The notes under the pieces were generated by a model, which saw only the letters and a list, made by a program, of their open reading frames with translations, was not told the DNA's origin and ran no database searches. A DNA stretch of 64,000 nucleotides from an uncultured delta proteobacterium (GTDB lineage Bacteria > Desulfobacterota > Binatia > HRBIN30 > BPIQ01): assembly GCA_963761335.1 (NCBI GenBank), contig CAVXGR010000005.1:229684-293683 (forward strand), written 5' to 3'. Shown piece by piece: positions 58,409 to 64,000 of this stretch. Position 1 is the stretch's first letter; every line of letters starts with the position of its first letter. A program made the position numbers and the translations under genes.

Positions 58409-58625
58409 TCGAAAATCTGTTGGGTGAAGGTCTGGCGGAGTCCCGGCGCTGGGTGGAGGCTTATCGCCCCGGAGGGGCGTAGGCATGTAGCCCCGGGTGT
58501 CAACCCGGGGACTGCGGTTCCGATTGGCCCAGATCAGCGCGCCGGAGGGGCGCAGGAGTAGAGGCCGCGTGAATCACGTCGATGAGCTTCCCACGCACCC
58601 AGCGGTGATCATCGGCGTACAGGCG
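58409..58625. repeat. family-B MITE-like element, 5' portion
   Basis: Above 90% identical to 35621-35855. Confidence 0.7.
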
Positions 58626-58626
58626 A

Positions 58627-59580
58627 TCATTGCGCACCTCCACCGGGGATCGCCCGGATCGCGAGCGGCGAGCGGACGCGCACGTCCGTCTCGACCAGGG
58701 GTTGGCCAAATCCGCGGGTGTAGCGGCTCTGGGCTTCGGGGCGCGACAGGTTGCGCACCAGCCGCAGCGGCTGCGGGTCGTCGTAGCGCCGGGCGCTGTA
58801 GCACTGCTCGATGTCGCCGATCATCAGGGCGACGACCTCGATCATCGCCACCAGGCCGACGCCGCTGCCGCCCGCCACGTCCGTCTGCACCACCGTGACC
58901 ACGCGCTTGTTCTTGGACAGCGGCGTCACCAGGTCGACCAGCGCCCCGGGATTGCAGGCGTGATAGAGGCCGGGAATCTCATAGAAGTCGACGACCTCGC
59001 CGGCGACCGGGGTGTGGTTGTAGTGGTACTGATCCGGCGTCAGGCGGAGAACGGAGAAGGCGCCGGTGCCGAATGCCTCCAGCCACCGCGGCTTGTTGGC
59101 CCCGAGCAGCTCGCGGAGATCGAAGAACTTGTCCTTGAGAAAGAGCGGATTGCCCGCTTCGAGCGAGCCGACCACGGCGCGCGCGTCCGCGGGGGAGACC
59201 ACCGCAGCTGTGGGCGCGCGCATCGGCCGGCACTCCCAGTAGCGGATCTTGCGCTCGAAGATCTTGCGGGGGGTATCGAAGCTCTCGGTCGGATCGAGAC
59301 AGTCGTCGAGGTCGACGCCGCAGGAGCGCAGAAAGCGCCGGTGCCCGATCAGCCGGGGGGCGAGCGGCAGGTCGAAGTTGACGAAGGCGAGCATCTTCGA
59401 GGTCCAGGCGCTGCTCAGCGCCCGGTAGAGAGGCCCGCTCTGCTCGCGTGCCCGGGAATAGAGGAAGTTCAGGATCCAGTCGCCGAGAAGCGTCTCGGTG
59501 ACCACCCGTCCATCGCCGCGGCGCACGTACTGGTGGATCGTCGGCGCCGCCGGGCGCGGCTCATTTTCGACTCGGTACAC
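58627..59580 (-). CDS. phosphatidylserine decarboxylase family protein
   Basis: LTPDQYHYNHTPV matches the phosphatidylserine-decarboxylase D-x-Y-H-x-x-H motif. A Gly-Ser site (AGGSGVG) is a possible pyruvoyl-forming cleavage site. Confidence 0.55.
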   Translation of the reverse strand: MYRVENEPRPAAPTIHQYVRRGDGRVVTETLLGDWILNFLYSRAREQSGPLYRALSSAWTSKMLAFVNFDLPLAPRLIGHRRFLRSCGVDLDDCLDPTESFDTPRKIFERKIRYWECRPMRAPTAAVVSPADARAVVGSLEAGNPLFLKDKFFDLRELLGANKPRWLEAFGTGAFSVLRLTPDQYHYNHTPVAGEVVDFYEIPGLYHACNPGALVDLVTPLSKNKRVVTVVQTDVAGGSGVGLVAMIEVVALMIGDIEQCYSARRYDDPQPLRLVRNLSRPEAQSRYTRGFGQPLVETDVRVRSPLAIRAIPGGGAQ

Positions 59581-59793
59581 TCGCGTGTCTGCGCATCGTG
59601 CCCCGTATGATAGCCGCGTAGTGTTATCGGATGTTTACGGGAATCTAAATTTCCGGTTACGAATGCGAGAGCGGCCCGCCTGACCGTGCACCCCTAGGAG
59701 GGCGCCCGAGCGGCCCGTCCGGGGAGCGGGTGGCTGGCCGCGGCCCCGGCGTCCTCCTTGCGCCTCGCCAACGGCCGGTGAATCATCGGCCCG

Positions 59794-61071
59794 ATGAGCA
59801 GCGAGACGGCCCCGCCCGCGGCGCCCCCGCGGCGCCTGCGCCTGCCGCGGCTGGCTCTTCCCTTCGACGCGCGCTTGCTCGCCGTCGTCTGCCTGGTCGG
59901 AATTCTCGCGGGGTTGCTGGCGTCGCTGTACTTCTTCGCACTGGACGCCATGCTCCGCCTTTCTACTCGCCTGGGCTCCGCTGTTCCGGTGTGGGCGCTG
60001 ATGCCGGCGGCGGGCGTCCTCGTCGGCCTGGGATGGCTGCTCGGCGAGCCGGGCGAAACGGACGCCGTGGTCGACAACATTCACGTTGCCAACGGCCGCA
60101 TCGACACCAGGGCCAACCTGCCGCTGGTTCCCGTCTCGCTGCTGTCGATCGCCGCCGGCGGCAGCGCCGGTCCCGAGGCGCCGATGGTGTATCTCACCGG
60201 CAGCGTCGGCACCTGGCTGCATCGCTGGCTGAAGCTGCCGGAGAGCTGGGTGCGCACCCTCACGCTCACCGGCATGGGCGTCGGCTTTGCGACTCTCTTC
60301 GGCGCCCCGATCGGTGCGGCGCTCTTCGCCCTGGAGATCCCGCACAAGCGCGGCATGGAGTACTACGAGGCGACCATCCCCTCGATGATCGGCTGCCTGG
60401 TGGGCTACGCGGTCTATGCGCACGTCACTCACCACGGCCTCGGCCCGGCGTGGCACTTCCCAGCCTACCGCCTGTCGGATCCCTTCGATCTCCTGCGGGC
60501 GGCGGGCGTAGGGCTGGTCGCGGCGCTGGCGGCGTTTCCGTATGTCTGGATGATTCGCGGCGCCAAGCGCGCCGGCGAGCGCCTGCGCCTTCCCATGTTC
60601 GTCAAGGCGGCGGCGGGGGGTGCCGTTCTCGGGCTCTTCGCCTGGGGTCTTCCGGCGACGCGTTTCTGGGGAGAGTCGCAGCTGCAGACGTTCCTGCTGG
60701 ACGCCTCTCCCGGAATTGCCCTTCTCCTCGTCCTCGCCGCCGCGAAGATGGTGACCGTATCGGTGACCCTGGCGTCGGGTTGGCGTGGCGGCATCATCAT
60801 TCCGTGCTTCTTCATCGGCGCGGCCGTCGGCAAGGCGGTGGCTCTTGCAGTTCCCGGGCTCGATCCCACCCTGGCGATGCTGGCAGGGATGGCGGGAGTG
60901 AACGTCTCGGTGATGAAGGTGCCGCTGGCCACCGTCCTCGTGGTTGCCGGCATGAGCGGCATCGCCTCCCTGCCGGTGATCGGCGCTGCCAGCTTCACAG
61001 CCTTCGCCGTCGGCGGCGGCATCGAGTTTCTGGAATCGAAGCGCAGCCGGGCCGAGATCGATCTTCCGTAA
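59794..61071 (+). CDS. ClC-family anion channel/transporter without CBS domains
   Basis: ClC motifs GSAGPEAP (GxEGP-like) and FGAPIGAALFALE (GxFxP-like). About 10-12 TM helices. 425 aa with no C-terminal CBS pair. Confidence 0.75.
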   Translation: MSSETAPPAAPPRRLRLPRLALPFDARLLAVVCLVGILAGLLASLYFFALDAMLRLSTRLGSAVPVWALMPAAGVLVGLGWLLGEPGETDAVVDNIHVANGRIDTRANLPLVPVSLLSIAAGGSAGPEAPMVYLTGSVGTWLHRWLKLPESWVRTLTLTGMGVGFATLFGAPIGAALFALEIPHKRGMEYYEATIPSMIGCLVGYAVYAHVTHHGLGPAWHFPAYRLSDPFDLLRAAGVGLVAALAAFPYVWMIRGAKRAGERLRLPMFVKAAAGGAVLGLFAWGLPATRFWGESQLQTFLLDASPGIALLLVLAAAKMVTVSVTLASGWRGGIIIPCFFIGAAVGKAVALAVPGLDPTLAMLAGMAGVNVSVMKVPLATVLVVAGMSGIASLPVIGAASFTAFAVGGGIEFLESKRSRAEIDLP

Positions 61072-61079
61072 CCCCGGCT

Positions 61080-62057
61080 TCACCCTCCCCGGACGATTCC
61101 GGCGGCGGCGCGCAGCAGCTCCTCGGCGCCTTCGGCCAGCTCGCGCACGATCTCGGCCGCCGGCTGGATGCGCTCGACGCGGCCGACCGTCTGGCCGGCG
61201 TAGAGGGCCATGGCCTCGATGGTGCCGGTGGTGCCGCGGATCGGCGCCGGCACGGCGCGGGGCGGCAGTGGAAAGACGACGTCGCCGAGAGGAAGCTCGG
61301 CGACGATGTCGCCCTCGAAGGCGCGCGCCGCCTCGATGCTCGAGCGCAGAACTCGATGGGGCGCATTCGGCCACATGACCGAGAAGGTCTCGGTGAGCTC
61401 GGTGTCGCCGGCGCCGGCGCCGAGCAGGGCGTCGACGTAGCCGGGATGGATGTTGCATTCCGGCGTGGCGAGAAAGCGGGTGCCGACGCGTGCCGCCGCG
61501 GCTCCGGCGGCGAGCACCGCCGCCATGGCACGGGCGCTGCCGATGCCGCCGCCGGCGATCACCGGCACCTCGACGGCGTCGAGCACATCGGCGAGCAGCG
61601 GCAGCACGCCGATGCGGCCGCGAACGTGGCCGCCCGCCTCGACGCCCTGGGCGACGACGAGGTCGCATCCGGCGCGAGCCGCAGCGACCGCCTCCTCGAC
61701 CGAGCCGACCTGCCAGGCGGCGAGAGCCCCACCGGCGTGGACGAGATCGACGAGCGACGGGTCGGGGTCGGCGTAGAAGAACTCGACCAGGCGGCAGCGC
61801 GATGCCGCCGCCTCGACCGCATCTCTCTCCAGGAACGGCATGAGGAAGTTCACCCCGAAGGCGCCGGCGGTGCGGCTGGCGGCGTCCTCGAGCATCTGCG
61901 CCATTCTGATCGCCGGCACCCGGGCGCCGCCGATCATCCCCAGGGCCCCGGCCTCGGCAACCGCGACCGCGAGATCGGCGGTGGCCACGCCACCCATTCC
62001 GGCCTGCTGCAGCGGCACGCCGCAGCCGATCCTTTCCGTGAAGCTCGTTGTCAGCAC
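61080..62057 (-). CDS. nitronate monooxygenase (NMO / 2-nitropropane dioxygenase-like, FMN-dependent)
   Basis: NMO TIM-barrel pattern (GMGGVATADLAVAVAEAGALGMIG .. GGHVRG .. IAGGGI). Confidence 0.8.
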   Translation of the reverse strand: MLTTSFTERIGCGVPLQQAGMGGVATADLAVAVAEAGALGMIGGARVPAIRMAQMLEDAASRTAGAFGVNFLMPFLERDAVEAAASRCRLVEFFYADPDPSLVDLVHAGGALAAWQVGSVEEAVAAARAGCDLVVAQGVEAGGHVRGRIGVLPLLADVLDAVEVPVIAGGGIGSARAMAAVLAAGAAAARVGTRFLATPECNIHPGYVDALLGAGAGDTELTETFSVMWPNAPHRVLRSSIEAARAFEGDIVAELPLGDVVFPLPPRAVPAPIRGTTGTIEAMALYAGQTVGRVERIQPAAEIVRELAEGAEELLRAAAGIVRGG

Positions 62058-62237
62058 TGTTCCCCCTCTCTCGCCGGAAGATTACTCAGACGCCACGCGG
62101 CTGCAAGGTAGAAGCGGCGTCTCGCCGCTTCCGTGGGGGCAGGGACGTTTCGCTGTGACCGCTTCGCCGCAGGTTCGTTCAAGCGCGACGATGAATGGCG
62201 CAGGTCAGGTGCCCCCTTTCATGTCGGAAGAAAAGCT

Positions 62238-62591
62238 TCAGAACAGATCCAGGAATTCCGCCAGTGCGCGCCGCATCTCGTCGCGCAGCCCTTCGGGGAT
62301 GGGGCCGAGGTCCCGACGGAACAGGTCGTTGTCCCAAGCCAGGATCTGGTCGACGAGCACGTCGCTGTCTCGCGTCAGTCCACAGACGCCGGCGGGTATG
62401 CGCACGCGCAGCGGAAATGCGTCGCCTACGACCTTGGTCGTGAGCGGCAGCACCACGGTGCTCGGTAGCCCCGCCTCGGCGAACTCCGTCGGCTGGATCG
62501 CCAGGCAGGGGCGCTGCTTGCCCGGCTTCGTCCCCACGCGGGGATCGAGCGCGACAACGTAGATGTGCCAGCGCTGCGGAACTGGTGTCAT
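62238..62591 (-). CDS. mazF: MazF/PemK-family endoribonuclease toxin
   Basis: 117 aa. Motif ..WHIYVVALDPRVGTKPGKQRPCLAIQP.. typical of the MazF/PemK family. Confidence 0.7.
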   Translation of the reverse strand: MTPVPQRWHIYVVALDPRVGTKPGKQRPCLAIQPTEFAEAGLPSTVVLPLTTKVVGDAFPLRVRIPAGVCGLTRDSDVLVDQILAWDNDLFRRDLGPIPEGLRDEMRRALAEFLDLF

Positions 62592-62830
62592 CACTCCAGC
62601 CGGCGCAAGCGGCTGTGGGCGCGGAAGTCTCGAAGCGCCGCACGACTTTCGCCGGCAACCAGGCCCACGGCCCTGCGCCATCTCGCCACTCGGTCGGCGC
62701 GCTCGGCATCGCGCTCGAGCAAATCGAGCGCCGAGCGCACGACGTCGATTTTCGTTCGCGCTCCCAACCGCCTCTTCAGCGTCTCGATCCGCTCGGCATC
62801 GGCGTCCTGCAGCATGAGAGGTCTCCCCAT
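62591..62830 (-). CDS. cognate antitoxin (small DNA-binding protein)
   Basis: 79 aa. Overlaps the toxin start by 1 nt. No other support. Confidence 0.45.
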   Translation of the reverse strand: MGRPLMLQDADAERIETLKRRLGARTKIDVVRSALDLLERDAERADRVARWRRAVGLVAGESRAALRDFRAHSRLRRLE

Positions 62831-62977
62831 CGGTATCTACACCTCGATTGATATACGGATATATCAACAGCTATATTCGACGGACGCCAGTCGCGCAACC
62901 GAGTAGCGTCCTGCGTTGCCGAATGCGCGCCGTGACATCGATGATCGGTTGGCCTTTGCGGCGCCAGCGCCATCCGT

Positions 62978-64000
62978 TCAGTGCAGCAGCGCAACGGTGC
63001 CCTCACGGACCCAGCTGGACGAGATACTCCAGCGCTTCAGGGGCGGCCGGCCGATCTCCTCGTCGCTCAGCGGGCGCGGCGCACTGACCAGGTAGTACGA
63101 GTAGGGGCCGCACGGCGGACCGGCGTCGTACCAGAGGAAGTTGATCTCTGCGAGGTTGCGGGCCAACCAACCACTGCCCTCGAAGCGGCGCAGCAGCCAG
63201 CCGGCCTCGCGCCGACAGCTGAAGGCTTCCATCAGCTGTCGCTGCGAATAGAACGCCATGGTCCCGATCTCGCCCTGGAGCTTGATCCTCTCGCCGGGGC
63301 CGAGGTGATCGCGCAGCCAGAGGGCGATCTCTTCGTACTGGTCGCGCGTTGCCCAGTTGGTGTGGATCGGCGCCTCGGTGGGAGGAAAGCTGTCGGCCCG
63401 CAGGAAGAATACACACACACCAACGACGGCGAGCAGCGGAACCACGCAGAGCGCCGCTCGCGCCACCGGAGCTCGCGCACGGGAGTATGCCGCCGCCAGT
63501 CCGAAGCTGCCCATCAGGGCGCCGCTGGCGGCCAGGGGCGCGAAGTACCAGTGGTATGGCCCGACCTCCATCAGCGCGTAGGCGGCGTAGTACGCTGCCG
63601 CAAACCACGCCAGCACCCGCAGGATACGCGCCCCCTCTCGGTTTCGATTGAGCACGGCAAGGGGAACGAACGGCACGAGGGCAAATGAAGACAGAGTCTG
63701 CAACGGGTAGCGCCTCAGGTACAGGCCGAGACCGGAGGCGAAACCGTACCTGCCCCAGGGATTGGCGACCTTGAGAAAGAAGGTGTCGGGCAGCGCCGAG
63801 CCCAGATACACCCACGAGAACACGTACCAGGGCAGCAGGCAGAGGAGATAGACGGCGGTGAACCGCGCCCGCAGCCGCCATCGACCCGAGGCTTCAAGCG
63901 CTCGTCGGCCCTGGGCGGCCTTCGTACCGTCCCCGGCCGGGTCGATGAAGAACACCATTACGGCGAAGAGCACCGCGCCATCCGGACGCGCCAGGGTCAG
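62978..64000 (-). CDS. polytopic membrane protein (possible glycosyltransferase-like), N-terminus outside the window
   Basis: Many hydrophobic helices and good GC3 bias. The frame is open to the window end. Confidence 0.4.
   Translation of the reverse strand: MTLARPDGAVLFAVMVFFIDPAGDGTKAAQGRRALEASGRWRLRARFTAVYLLCLLPWYVFSWVYLGSALPDTFFLKVANPWGRYGFASGLGLYLRRYPLQTLSSFALVPFVPLAVLNRNREGARILRVLAWFAAAYYAAYALMEVGPYHWYFAPLAASGALMGSFGLAAAYSRARAPVARAALCVVPLLAVVGVCVFFLRADSFPPTEAPIHTNWATRDQYEEIALWLRDHLGPGERIKLQGEIGTMAFYSQRQLMEAFSCRREAGWLLRRFEGSGWLARNLAEINFLWYDAGPPCGPYSYYLVSAPRPLSDEEIGRPPLKRWSISSSWVREGTVALLH

Overview
A 64-kb window of about 70% GC sequence, organised as operons, carrying mostly accessory and metabolic genes. 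Where I chose an internal start codon, its coordinate comes from codon arithmetic on the supplied ORF track. In a few places my reading of the raw sequence differed from the track by 1 to 2 nt, so internal coordinates may be off by that much.

Main content, in order:
- 5' region: a partial alpha/beta hydrolase and a PEP-mutase/isocitrate-lyase family gene, then an SH3b-domain membrane protein, a GH38 alpha-mannosidase, a stand-alone murE and a DUF3108 protein.
- Peroxiredoxin Bcp, a luciferase-like flavin monooxygenase and a DUF1329 protein.
- An operon of two DUF35 OB-fold proteins, two thiolase-like proteins that lack the thiolase catalytic residues, and an enoyl-CoA hydratase.
- A Rieske / cytochrome b / nine-haem cytochrome c operon.
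- Two class-I methyltransferases (one frameshifted), a zinc-finger-TPR protein and a Uma2 endonuclease.
- A metal-efflux island: a CDF transporter and two paralogous heavy-metal RND efflux operons (outer-membrane factor, membrane-fusion protein, RND pump). Each operon is preceded by a homologous small CC-motif ORF. The two operons are separated by a cytochrome c, a VapBC toxin-antitoxin pair and a MITE-like repeat.
- H+-pyrophosphatase, and a caspase-like peptidase with an EF-hand motif.
- A TetR - P450 - ferredoxin - cyclase operon. Its operator is a perfect 14-bp palindrome that also sits in the promoter of the DUF35/thiolase operon.
- dxs, whose stop codon lies inside an array of about 22 copies of the octamer GGTTGTTA.
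- A second TetR with a sterol-desaturase-family gene, an amidase, a phosphatidylserine-decarboxylase-like gene, a ClC channel, a nitronate monooxygenase, a MazEF-like pair and a partial membrane protein.

Intergenic regions are unusually rich in at least three repeat families: a roughly 110-bp MITE with CTGTCTCAA terminal inverted repeats, a roughly 400-bp MITE-like element present in 4 copies or fragments, and octamer tandem arrays. No rRNA, tRNA or CRISPR array was recognised.
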